NCBI GenBank assembly: GCA_022605425.2
Contig: CM061250.1
Coordinates: 744,001 to 808,000, forward strand
Length of the DNA stretch: 64,000 nt
Direction: 5' to 3'
From: Hamiltosporidium tvaerminnensis FI-OER-3-3
Lineage: Eukaryota; Fungi; Microsporidia
Of the stretch, positions 12,462-23,400 are shown one piece after another (position 1 is the first letter of the stretch; every line of letters starts with the position of its first letter). Under the pieces are notes generated by a model. It worked only from the letters and a program-made list of their open reading frames with translations. It made no database searches and was not told the DNA's origin. The position numbers and the translations under genes are program-made.

Positions 12462-13127
12462 ATGGTATCTTCAATTTACAAAGGTGAGAAATTTATAAAA
12501 GATTATTACAGTTTACTTTGTAAGACAGACATATCACATTACTACACACCCACCACAATACTAAGAATAGGCAAGGAAAAAGACCGACTGGATTCTTTTA
12601 CTGAAAAACACTCTACTATAATATACAAATACCAAAAGAATTTAGAAAGAGTGTTTGTATCCTGTATGGATACAATAAACACCAAAGAAGAAGAATTTAT
12701 GGTTTGTGTTGTGGGACAATTCGTATATAAAGACGAGACAGTAAGATTTTCACACAATTTTATAGTAAAAGAAGAAAACAATAATTTTTATATTTTAGTT
12801 GAAGTGTGCAGGTTTTTGAATGAAGAGATTGTTTATGACAAAGTAGATTCTTTGAGTAATTTGCATGATAAACGAACGTATGGGTATAATAATTTTAATA
12901 GGTATTATGTTAATGTGTCTTGTCCTCCACATACCAAGAAACAGGATATTGTTGAATGTTTTTCTAAATATGGGCGTATTTTTGATGTTTTTAGTAAAAA
13001 AGAAGGATTTTTTAAAGTAGAATTTGCTGATCATTCCACCTTAAAAGCTGTTCAAAATGACGGTAATATTATTTTTAACAACAAAGGATTCAAAATTCTA
13101 CCCTCAAGAGAAGATTTTAAACATTAA
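12462..13127 (+). CDS. NTF2-domain plus RRM protein (G3BP/Bre5/Nxt3-like)
   Basis: NTF2-like N-terminus (GEKFIKDYYSLL ... VCVVGQF ... RFSHNFIV ... FYILVEVCRFL) and a C-terminal RRM (DIVECFSKYGRI ... GFFKVEF). ATG at 12462 follows a CCC motif. Confidence 0.8.
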   Translation: MVSSIYKGEKFIKDYYSLLCKTDISHYYTPTTILRIGKEKDRLDSFTEKHSTIIYKYQKNLERVFVSCMDTINTKEEEFMVCVVGQFVYKDETVRFSHNFIVKEENNNFYILVEVCRFLNEEIVYDKVDSLSNLHDKRTYGYNNFNRYYVNVSCPPHTKKQDIVECFSKYGRIFDVFSKKEGFFKVEFADHSTLKAVQNDGNIIFNNKGFKILPSREDFKH

Positions 13128-13500
13128 TAAATTATTTTTAATTTCTTATAATTTATGTTTTAGTATTAGTGAGTATTTATATTATAATTTATATTTTAGT
13201 ATTAGTAAGTATTTATATTATAACGGTTTTTTCTACTTTTTATGCATCTGCATAAACAATTGCTATATTATAATGTTTTTATGCATCTGCATAAACAATT
13301 GCTATATTAAAATCAAATAAAAAAAATCACTATCCAATAAATAAAAAATATTAAACCTAAGTACTTAAAACAAAGATACTAAAAACAAGGATACTAAAAA
13401 CTTAAACCTCTATTTAATAAACAAAACCTCTATCAAATACATAAACTAAGCAACCCTCCATTTACTAAACAAATCTCCATAAATTAAACAACAATACATT

Positions 13501-13701
13501 TCACTCCTCTTTATTATTAAGTAACCTCTCCAAATATTCATCTACATCTTTCTGTACAGCACTTGGATTCTTTACTTTTAATTCCTCTCCTAAAGACATA
13601 GAAAGAGCCACACCTAAATTTAAATCATAATTATCTCTATTAAGATCACTTATACCTTCAAATAACGAATCAGAATCCTCATCATACTGTATCAACACCA
13701 T
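13501..13701 (-). CDS. Small acidic 66-aa protein with a UIM-like motif
   Basis: MVLIQYDEDSDSLFEGISDLNRDNYDLNLGVALSMSLGEE...; a CCC motif (GGG on + at 13713-13715) lies just upstream of the ATG. LGVALSMSL resembles the UIM core L-x-x-A-L-x-x-S-L. Confidence 0.5.
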   Translation of the reverse strand: MVLIQYDEDSDSLFEGISDLNRDNYDLNLGVALSMSLGEELKVKNPSAVQKDVDEYLERLLNNKEE

Positions 13702-14029
13702 TAAACAAAGAAGGGTACTAAACACAAAGAAAAGAAGAAATAAAAGAAGATATTAGAATAAGAGATACTAAGAGGATATTAGAATTAGATGATATTATAT
13801 AAGAGATACTAAGAGGATATTTAATAAGGGATAATAGAATAAGAGGAGGATATTGGAATATAAGAGGATATAGAAATATAAGAGGATACTGAGGGAATAT
13901 TAGAATATAGGAGGATTCTAAAAAAATGTAAGATACTAGAATAAGAGGTACCAATCTAAGATATTATGATATAAGACAACCCTTTATAAATAAAAATTTA
14001 ATACTTAACACTTCTTCCTATTACACTAT

Positions 14030-14180
14030 CCTTTATCCTTATTTCCCTCTACTATCCTTATATCCCCCTAATATCCTTATATCCCTCTAATATCCTTATA
14101 TCCCTCTAATATCCTTATATCCCTCTAATATCCTTATATCCCTCTAATATCCTTATATCCCCCTACTATCCTTATCCCTA
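14030..14180. repeat. 19-bp C-rich minisatellite (TATCCCTCTAATATCCTTA)
   Basis: Visible tandem array downstream of MCM4, mirrored by G-rich repeats at ~13740-13950. Confidence 0.9.
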
Positions 14181-14298
14181 CTTCTCTCTATGTACTTACT
14201 CCTCATTATCTAACACCCTCTCCTCTACCCTATTCTCTCTATGTGACCACTCTTCTCATCATAAAACAACACCTCCTCATTATCTAACACCCCCTCCT

Positions 14299-17200
14299 CT
14301 ACCCTATTCTCTCTATGTGCCCACTCTTCTCATCATAAAATAACACCTCCTCATTATCTAACTCTCTAACACCTTCAACAACCAACCTTTCCTCACCTCC
14401 CAAAACCCTAACAACCTCTCCAATAGAACACATATCCTTAACAACCCCAAGTATCTCTTTCTTAACCCTATCAACACTCTCTCTCCAACTCCTACTCCTT
14501 CCACTAATAACAACATCCATATCTATCTTACCACTTATAGGATCAATAGCATATAACAACATACTCTCTTTAATTATACTCACTACTTCTCTTACATCTT
14601 TACCTTCTACTACCTTACTCATTCTCATACGTGCATGTGCTTCACTTAACCTTATCATACTTTCTAATTGTCTTGTTGTTGCTGTTATACTTTTACCGTT
14701 ATCTAACCCTCTTAACATACAATACTCATCTCTTAACACTTCCATACCCTCATCACTCATCACAGGTGTTATCCTCCTACACATCTGTATATAACCAGTA
14801 AGAACATCAACAGGAAGTGGTATGATACCATCCTGTTTGTTATCTCTTCTATTATTCTCACTGATATCATTCTTACTGTTATTATCTCTTATACTATCCT
14901 TATTATCTCTTCTATCCTAATATAATCCTTATTATCTCTTATACAATCCTTATTATTATCACTACTATTCTCTCTTATATTATCTCTTATACTATCCTTA
15001 CTAATATCACCTACTACCACACCTACTACCAACTCTATCACCAACTCCATCACTGTACATCTCTAGTATGTGCTTGCTTACTCTCCTGTCATTCTCTTCT
15101 TCATACTTATCAACAATAACACATATAACATCAAACCTACTAAGCAATGTACAAGGCAAATGTATATTCTCAACAATACTCTTCTTACAATTATACTTAC
15201 TATCTACAGGATTACAAGAAGCTAATATAGAACATCGACTATTCAAAGTAGTAATAATACCCGCCTTTGCTATACTAACAGTCTGCTGTTCCATTACTTC
15301 ATGTAACACACTACGTACACTCTCATTCATCTTATCAAACTCATCTATACAACACAAACCTAGATCACTTAATACAAGTGCACCAGGTTCTAATATAAAT
15401 TGTTTTGTATCTATATCTCTACTTACACATGCTGTAAGTCCTACTGCACTACTACCACGTCCACTTGTATACATACCACGTGGTGATATACGATGTATAA
15501 ATGATAATATTTGTGATTTACTTACTCCTGGATCACCAGCTAGTAATATGTTTATATCACCTCTAAAACGAGTATTTAAACACTCTTTAGTTACACCACC
15601 AAATAACTGTAAAAGAAGCGCTTTTTTTACATTTTCCAAACCATAAACCGAAGGTGCAATAGAGTTATAAAGAGTAGAGTAAGTAAAGGGGGGAGTATTA
15701 GTATATATATTAGTATGGTTGTTAGATATATTATTATTATTGTTGGTATATATATTAGTATGGTTGTTAGATATATTGTTATTAGTATATACAGGGTTAT
15801 TAGTATATACAGGGTTACTAGATATATCACTATCCATATTATTATTACTATCCATATTATTATTATTACTATCCATATTATTATTAGTATATATATTACT
15901 ATCACACTCTCTACTATCACCTTTATTATCACACTCTCTACTATCCATATTACTATCACACTCTCTACTATCCATATTACTATCACCTTTACTATCTCCC
16001 CCTAACATACCCACACCCTTTACTCCACTATTAAGTACCTCTACATAACACCTAAACACACTATTCATCTTAAACCCATTCACCTGTCTAACAGCTGTAC
16101 CTCTTAATATACCACATACTATTACCTTATCACCAGGTAATAAACTATCTACTAAATTATTAGTAAGTATAAGTGTTACTGTTAAAGGTGTAGATGCATG
16201 TGGTATATTATAAGGATGTTCTTGTATTTTAACTATTTGTTTGTCACTAAACATAGATTTGTTGTGTAATAGTTTGTAAGAGAATCTTGAACCACATACA
16301 CAGTCAGTAGGATGTGCAATATTCTTACCAGAGGAGATATTGTTATTTGGTATATTAGATATATTAGTATTAGATATATTATTATTATTATTATTAGATA
16401 TATTAGTATTATTATTAGTATATATATTATTACTATTATTAGATATATTACCTACTACTGATATTACTAGATATATTACCTACTATACTATTACTACCTA
16501 CTACACTAGTACTATCTATTACACTAGTACTAAATATATTATTATTATTACCTATCACACTAATACTCCCTTCACTATCACTTACTACTACCCTTTGACA
16601 TACTACACATTCAAATACACACTTATACATCTCAGGTATAACATTAGATATACGTATAACCATACCTCTTACTTCTACTATCTTATCAATATCTTTAGGA
16701 TTAATATTTCTAATATTTAATAATTTACCTATATTATAAGGACTTAATATTATAGATATACAAGTGTTAGGTGATATTTCATATAATAATTCTTGTAATG
16801 AATGCTGTAGTATTGGTATTATCTCTTGTGGGTATGTTAGTAGTTGTGTGTGGAGTGGTAGGTGTTTAATGTGTGTACAGTTAAGATAGAATATGTTATG
16901 ATGTGTAAGAGAGATAGAATGTAACTGATCAAGGTAGGTATAGTTGTTTAGATGGTTGTTAGTATTAGTATTGGGATTAGGATGGTTGTTAGTATTAGTA
17001 TTATCTATATTATTGTTATTTTCTATATTACAGTTATTACCGTTATTACAGTTATTTTCTATATTATTCTATATTATGGTTATTTTCTATATTTTCTATA
17101 TTACTATCCCCATCTCCTATATTACACTTATTATCCCTACAACTACTACTGGTGTCTGTAAATGTTCTTATGAATTCTTTGAAGGTGTCACTGACTTCTT

Positions 17201-17372
17201 GTACGTTAATATTGGTTCCCCATATAACTTTGACACGTTCTGTTTCTATCAGTGGTTGGGAGTATAAAGAAGAACTTGGTTCTGTTTGTGATGGTGTGTA
17301 GTTTATTGATATTATGTCTTGACTGGCTTCTTCGTATGAAAAGGCTGAGGAGAAGTTGTCTTGGTTTTCCAT
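14299..17372 (-). CDS. MCM4: DNA replication licensing factor MCM4, with frameshifts confined to low-complexity inserts
   Basis: MCM4-type N-terminus (VIWGTNINVQEV..F.EF), zinc finger, Walker A (GDPGVSKSQIL), YTSGRGSSAVGLTA, CCIDEFDKM, VLHEVMEQQTVSIAKAGI, arginine finger (LLSRFD), ATTRQLESMIRLSEAHARMR, and the MCM4-like C-terminal AIDPISGKIDMD. Frame breaks at ~17065, ~16455 and ~14910-15020. Confidence 0.9.
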
Positions 17373-17378
17373 TTTGTA

Positions 17379-17384
17379 GGGGGG
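17379..17384 (-). promoter_or_regulatory. CCC-type motif upstream of the MCM4 start
   Basis: The minus strand reads CACCCCCCTACAAAATG. Confidence 0.55.
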
Positions 17385-17419
17385 TGTAAGTAGAGAATAA
17401 AAAAAGGGAATGAAGGGGA

Positions 17420-17640
17420 TATATTAGGTGGGGATATGTTAGATATGAGTAGGATATTAGTAGGATAGATGGGATATTAGATGAGTATTAGATGGAATAT
17501 TAGTAGGATAGATAGATGGGGTATTAGATGAGTATTAGATGGGATATTAGTAGGATAGATGGGATATTAGTAGGATAGATGGGGTATTAGATGAGTATTA
17601 GATGGGATATTAGTAGAAGATAGATGGGATAGATAGGTAT
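17420..17640. repeat. G-rich degenerate tandem repeat (GATGGGATATTAGTAGGATA / GATGAGTATTA)
   Basis: Visible array upstream of MCM4. Confidence 0.85.
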
Positions 17641-17864
17641 AATATATCTTTTTTATATTACTTATATTAAAAATATTCTATTTTTTTAAATTTTTTTATA
17701 TTAAAATATTTTATTTTTAAAAAATATTTTCTTTTTTTTTAAAAATATTGTAAATTATTTTCTCTTAGTTTAGCATCTTATTTACTTTTCCAATCTATTT
17801 ATATATTTACATATAATTTACTTAGAAGTTTACATAGTTGCTAAAATATTTATATATTTATTTA

Positions 17865-18665
17865 ATTTTTATTTAATAAAATTCTGGGTTAAAATATTTT
17901 TTACCATTTTTACATGTTTTCTTCTACCTCTTTGACCACTTTTGTCTCTTCTTCCAAATCCGACTCTTCATTTATGTTATTGGTCGGTTCCTCTAAAGTG
18001 GTTCCTCCTTGTAAAATAAAGGGGGCTTTATATTTTGGTTTAAAATTTTTGGCACCATCTTCCTCTGTTTTCGCTTCTTTTAAAGGGGGTATTGGTTCCT
18101 CGATCTCTGATCTCATAATAACACCCATTGACGCTCTCTCCCGCTCTCTTCGGCATTTAGTCTGACTAGTCCTCTTCGTCGATCAGGAAATGTTTCGACT
18201 GTTTTCTTAGTGCTATAGACTATGTATGCCTCTACATTCATGGGTATTTCTGTCTTTTAGATAAGATTTATGGTATTTTGTCAATACCGTCCCGGTCATC
18301 ACATAGGGATTATCTCAACACTACACTTATAAATAAGGCCCACTCATTGGCTGCGGTCATACTCTAGTTTTTCGTTTCACTATTTGAAGTGAATCTTGAA
18401 GTGATTCCTACTTATGAGTGTTATCTTATTTTCTTCTTATCTAAAATAAATATGTCGGGTCTGTTTTCCAATTTTAACATCGTTTTTATTCTGGTGTCCA
18501 CTCTTATCTCTGCATACTCATTATCGAATTTCTTGAACTGAGTGGCTCCTTATTCGTTTTGAAGACTTAAACTTATATCTATTTAGAGGGAAGGTGTGGC
18601 ATCTAACCACTTCATTGCCGTCTAGTGTAATCTGGCCTGATTTTTTCATCTGTTGCTGATGATCC
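17865..18665 (-). mobile_element. 5'-truncated RLE-type non-LTR retrotransposon fragment
   Basis: Homologous to the 3' part of 57430..61187 (RHNEVV region, RPDIFI.D endonuclease region, EESDLEEE tail). Flanked by the 13-bp TSD ATATATTTATTTA (17852-17864 and 18666-18678), next to a (TTTA)n tract. Confidence 0.9.
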
Positions 18666-18907
18666 ATATATTTATTTATATATATATTTATTTATTTATT
18701 TATTTATTTATTTATTTGTTTATTTATTTATTTGTTTAGTTAATAATATAAAATATCTTTTACAATTACATATACTAACATAGTATCTTCTACTGTTATA
18801 TATCTATACAAATATATAATATCTTCTACAATTATATTAAATACTACACTTGATTACTTACATCCTTTGCTTATAAAAATTACTATATTACCACCCATAC
18901 AATATAT

Positions 18908-19318
18908 ATGCCTTCAGAAGACTCAAATAATATAAATAACGAAGATATAAATACTTCTTCAACAAATGAAGAATCTTCTTCTACAAATATATACCCCTCG
19001 CGTATAACAAAGATATTGGATACATTTACAGATAAAGAAATATTACGGTATGAGAGTTTTAGAAGGTCGGGGTTTCCAAAAAATATGATACGTAAATTTA
19101 CTAATCATACGCTTAAACAGGCGTGTAATCCTAATTTTATTATTGCTATATCTGGTATTGCAAAGGTTTTTGTTGGAGAAATTGTTTATGAGGCTAAGGC
19201 TGTACAGAGCGATTTAAATGAGGAGGGGCCACTTCTTCCGTCACATGTACATGAAGCATACCGTAGGTTGTGTAATAGATGTCCTAATATGAAAATATAT
19301 AATAAGAAGAGATGGTAA
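18908..19318 (+). CDS. TAF11: Transcription initiation factor TFIID subunit 11 (TAFII28 histone fold)
   Basis: RYESFRRSGFPK, IAISGIAKVFVGEIVYEA and GPLLPSHVHEAYRRL match the TAF11 histone fold. CCC motif at 18894-18896. Confidence 0.93.
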   Translation: MPSEDSNNINNEDINTSSTNEESSSTNIYPSRITKILDTFTDKEILRYESFRRSGFPKNMIRKFTNHTLKQACNPNFIIAISGIAKVFVGEIVYEAKAVQSDLNEEGPLLPSHVHEAYRRLCNRCPNMKIYNKKRW

Positions 19319-19319
19319 G

Positions 19320-19505
19320 ATAGGGTTGGGGTAGGATATGGTTGTGGTAGGATATGGTTGTGGTAGGATATGATTGTGGTATAATAAGTTTTTTATAGTA
19401 GAATTGTGGTATGATTGGGCTGTGGTAAGATATGGTTGTGGTAGGATATGGTTGTGGTATGGTTATGAAATGATGTATGATTGGATGTATGATTGGATGT
19501 CGTAG
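19320..19505. repeat. G-rich 16-bp repeat (GGTAGGATATGGTTGT) after the TAF11 stop codon
   Basis: Visible degenerate tandem array. Confidence 0.85.
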
Positions 19506-20376
19506 GGATAGGGTTTCTGTGGATTTAGATTAAGGTAATGAAGAATTGAATGTATTAAATTTATGAGACATAATATTTATTCTAACGTTAATACTGAAAT
19601 TGATAGAGTGTTATATCAGTTGTTTATTAAAAGATATTTAATAATGTTATTTCTAAAAGAAATAAATTTTAAATGAAAACTTACTGAGCTTATTTGGATA
19701 AATTAAATGTTTTTTAAAACTACTTTTTTAGCATTAAATGGAAGAGATGTTGTATTCAAAAGTATAATTTTATTTACGTTTAAAACTGTTTTATTTATCT
19801 CTTTTTTTCTGTCTATTATAGAACGTATATGTGTATTATTTTTCAGAGCATTTTTGACTATTTTGATTTACTGGGTTTAAGGTAATTGAATAATTGTTTT
19901 TACAGGCTTTTGATTGAAGTAAATTTATTAATTACAGCAAAAAAATTTACATGGTAGTAAAATCAGAAATGGTAAATCTGGTTATTGGTAATATAATCTC
20001 GTATTTAATATCATAATTTGGATAATTTTGTATAAAAATAATCGCTCATTAAAACCCCACATGGTAATATATCACATGTCAATATGATTACATTGCAGTC
20101 AATTATACTTACGCAAAAATAAAATATCAAGAAATATCAATCACGGTTGCAATCCTGTAGTGGGTTTAAGATTATATATTATAATATAAAAAGAGGGTCT
20201 TGTTGAAATAATATTGAACCAAAGACGCCCGTAATTAGTTAAAATAATTAAGGAATAAAATATTTAGTTTTATACACGGATTTCGATAATAATTTTTAAG
20301 ACGGTATGTAACAATATGTTTATTCTCATGTTTCAATTGAATATTCTTATTATGAGATATTTATCTGGTTACCAAA

Positions 20377-20476
20377 GGGGAGAGTATAAACACATCAGAA
20401 AAAACATCTGCTTGGTCATGAGTGGTTAAAAAAGTGAGATACGGGTTGGGAATATTGATGAAATATAATCCAAACT
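20377..20476 (+). mobile_element. Old 5' fragment of the 720-bp SINE-like family
   Basis: GGGGAGAGTATAAACACATCAGAAAAAACATCTGCTTGGTCATGAGT...GTGAGAT aligns by eye with the element's 5' end, GGAGGGTGGATAACCACATAAAAAACTTTCTGCTTGGCAATGAGT...GTGAGAT. Confidence 0.55.
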
Positions 20477-23400
20477 GGTTTTATGAGCTAATCTTTTATA
20501 AGCCTGAACATAAAAGAATTTGCAGTGAAAAATGAAGATTAAATAACTATTTAAGTATTCAACGGTCTGGCAGGGAAATCCGACTATGAGTACCTAAGCG
20601 TCAAATGTAAGAGATTCAAAAAAAAACAAAAGAACATGTAGATATTATATGGTTTTGATTCTTTGAAATGATATTCCTGGAAAGAAGAATAGACCCAAGA
20701 AGATCAAAGACTCTGACCAGCAAAAAAATACGTGGGTATTTTCATTTGTGTATCCATAACATCAAAGCCAAAAGAAGACTGAAATGAGTAAGTATTTTTC
20801 AAATTTAAATAGAATAATATTCATTTAGAAAATCATAAGCCTGTGTGAAATCAATATAATTCTCAATTCTGATATAGTAGATCTTTGTATCTTATATATC
20901 CAATTCAAAATATGTATGAATGACACTGTAGATACTTATTTAATATATTAAGACCTTTTCTGGCTTTCTTGACATTGCTTAAGAAGAGTGAAGCAGTTTC
21001 ACATGCTTTGATAGTTGCATTTTTTGCAGCTCAAACTTATCATATAATACCGAGATTTCCTCACCTATATATTTACAGAAGCTAAGATGTATAAATACTT
21101 ATCGACTTTTATGTAATTTTAGTTAGAAAAGTGTCTGCTGATTACCCACTATTACTCATTCCACAACCAATTGTAAAAAAGAAAAATAATTTAATAAACT
21201 TATCTTTTTTCCAATGAATTTTCTTATACTGAGAAATAGCTTTTTTTCTTGCATATACTTGTTTCGAAGTAAAAAAAAAATTTCTTCTAATTGAAGAGAA
21301 TTTTTTTATCGAAAATAAATGAATCGTAGAAATATTTAATTACAAGACTAAAAACTTTAAATTACGAAGTATTTATCTCTTAACATGAACAGCGATCGAA
21401 ATATATGGTTTATAAAAAAGCGCGCGATGCATATATTATAAAGTTTAAGATATATGTAGATTGTCGCATGAACTTATAAAAGTAATAGCAGATGATCATA
21501 TCATAGCGCAAGTCTATGTTCTCGACTCTAAAAATTGTTTATTCATATTGTAATAGAAGCCATAATATAGAGACTACATGAAAATATTGCTAGGTTCGCA
21601 AAACGATACTACTCGTTAAATATTGCTAATATTTTCAGCAATATTTGCTCTTGAAGCGATTTAATGTAATTTGGAGGAATTATACTGATTTTCATGAAAA
21701 GAACTTTAGATGAATCTTGTTCACATCGAAACAAGAAAATATAAAGACGCTGAGAATAGATTCTACATATTCTGAATTTATAGCTCATTTTTTACTATAA
21801 AACATATCGAAACAATGAATAAGCTCATTTAGCGAACACAGTTGACAATTTTATTATATTTAAAGGCATCAATAGTATCATATAAACAGATAGTGTGGAA
21901 TAATTTATAAACGGGCAGATATCCAAATTAATAGCAAATTAAGAACTCTTTTTATTACCTTAACACCAAGCATTTATAAAATTAAGAACAGATAGAGAGA
22001 CTCAACTATACAACTAAATTTATGTCAAAATCTAAGAATATCTCGTCAAAAAAGGGATTGAATTATATAAAAATTGTGTTTAGATATAATCAAATTTGAA
22101 CCAGAACATACACGGTACCAGAATGGTTGAATTTAAATGTGCTGATTTTGCCTATTTAGAAGTATCTAGGTAAAGGCTTCTTTAATAGAGACTAGCTCGA
22201 TCTTTTTAAAAAAATGATTTAGCAATCAGTATAACAACAGATTCGATTTGGAAAAAATGTTTATAAATATATTGTTCAAACTTATATTTCTTTCTTCAAC
22301 CATTGAGTTAAATATAATTTACTTGTATATTTTATATGAAAACCAAATAGCCTATTATGGTGTATTAAAATACTACAGTCTCGTTGTCGATAATGCTGTT
22401 CGATACAAAACAGATGCCAAAGAAAAAGAATATTTTTCAAGTTCTTAATCAGAGAAATATCTGGAAAATATAAATTAAAATATCGAAATCCTATTTAAAG
22501 TTAGTCAAATAGATATTGGTTGTAAAAGATCTAATAAAATCTATAATTCTAACGATTATACTTAAATATCAAGGCCAATATGTAGCTCGATGAAAAATAT
22601 GGTCTATGTACACATGCTTCGTTCAAAATTAAATCCCTATGAACATGTTCTCTACTAAACAGATATTTCGAATCTTATCAAAAACTCGAAAAATATCAAA
22701 ACAGATGGCTTTCATATAGAAAAGCAACCTAAAATCGTAGCCATATATAACTATAATTGCCTTTTAATAGAAACGACGGCAAACGGTAAATTGTTTAACA
22801 AAATCGTATCAATAAGTATAACCAGGATAAGTCATTCCATCTAAAAAAACAAGGCAAACTATTTAGAGCTCATTCAAAATACACGTTTTAATCTTTAAGC
22901 GTAGTATCTTTATATTTCTTTATCAATATGTTTTCTTGACGAAGCTCTTTTGATTCTTTTTTTTAGATTCCTAAATTAAAATAATTAGAACGAATAGAAA
23001 ATAAAATATCTTGCGAAAGAAATTGTTGGCATAGATAGATTAAGAAGCGCAGATTTATGAAAAATACTTTTTGAGGGTTTATGTGCATATCCCTTTTTTG
23101 TAATTTCGGAACCAACAATTGTCCAGAGATAAGTTCAACATTAAATGTATCTAAAGTTTGCTTCGATTATAAGTTTTAAAATATCTAATCCAGTTCAGAT
23201 AAGTATCTAAGACAAAAAAAGTATGGATTTCTCGACTTAATTTACTTTAAGTATCATCACATATGTGAATTTGAAAAATTTAACAATTTATGATTTTATC
23301 CAAAAATAACTCTATTACAATAATTCATTGGTTTTTTTATTTTAAGTTTTGTTGCTACCTTAAAAAAAAAGATTTTTACTTCTGTTTTTCTAATACAAAT

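Noticed and set aside
15068-17267. Hydrophobic I/L/V-rich ORFs overlapping MCM4 (and equivalents over Cnd1 and UBA1)
   Set aside because: They are antisense or off-frame shadows of AAT/AGT-rich inserts.
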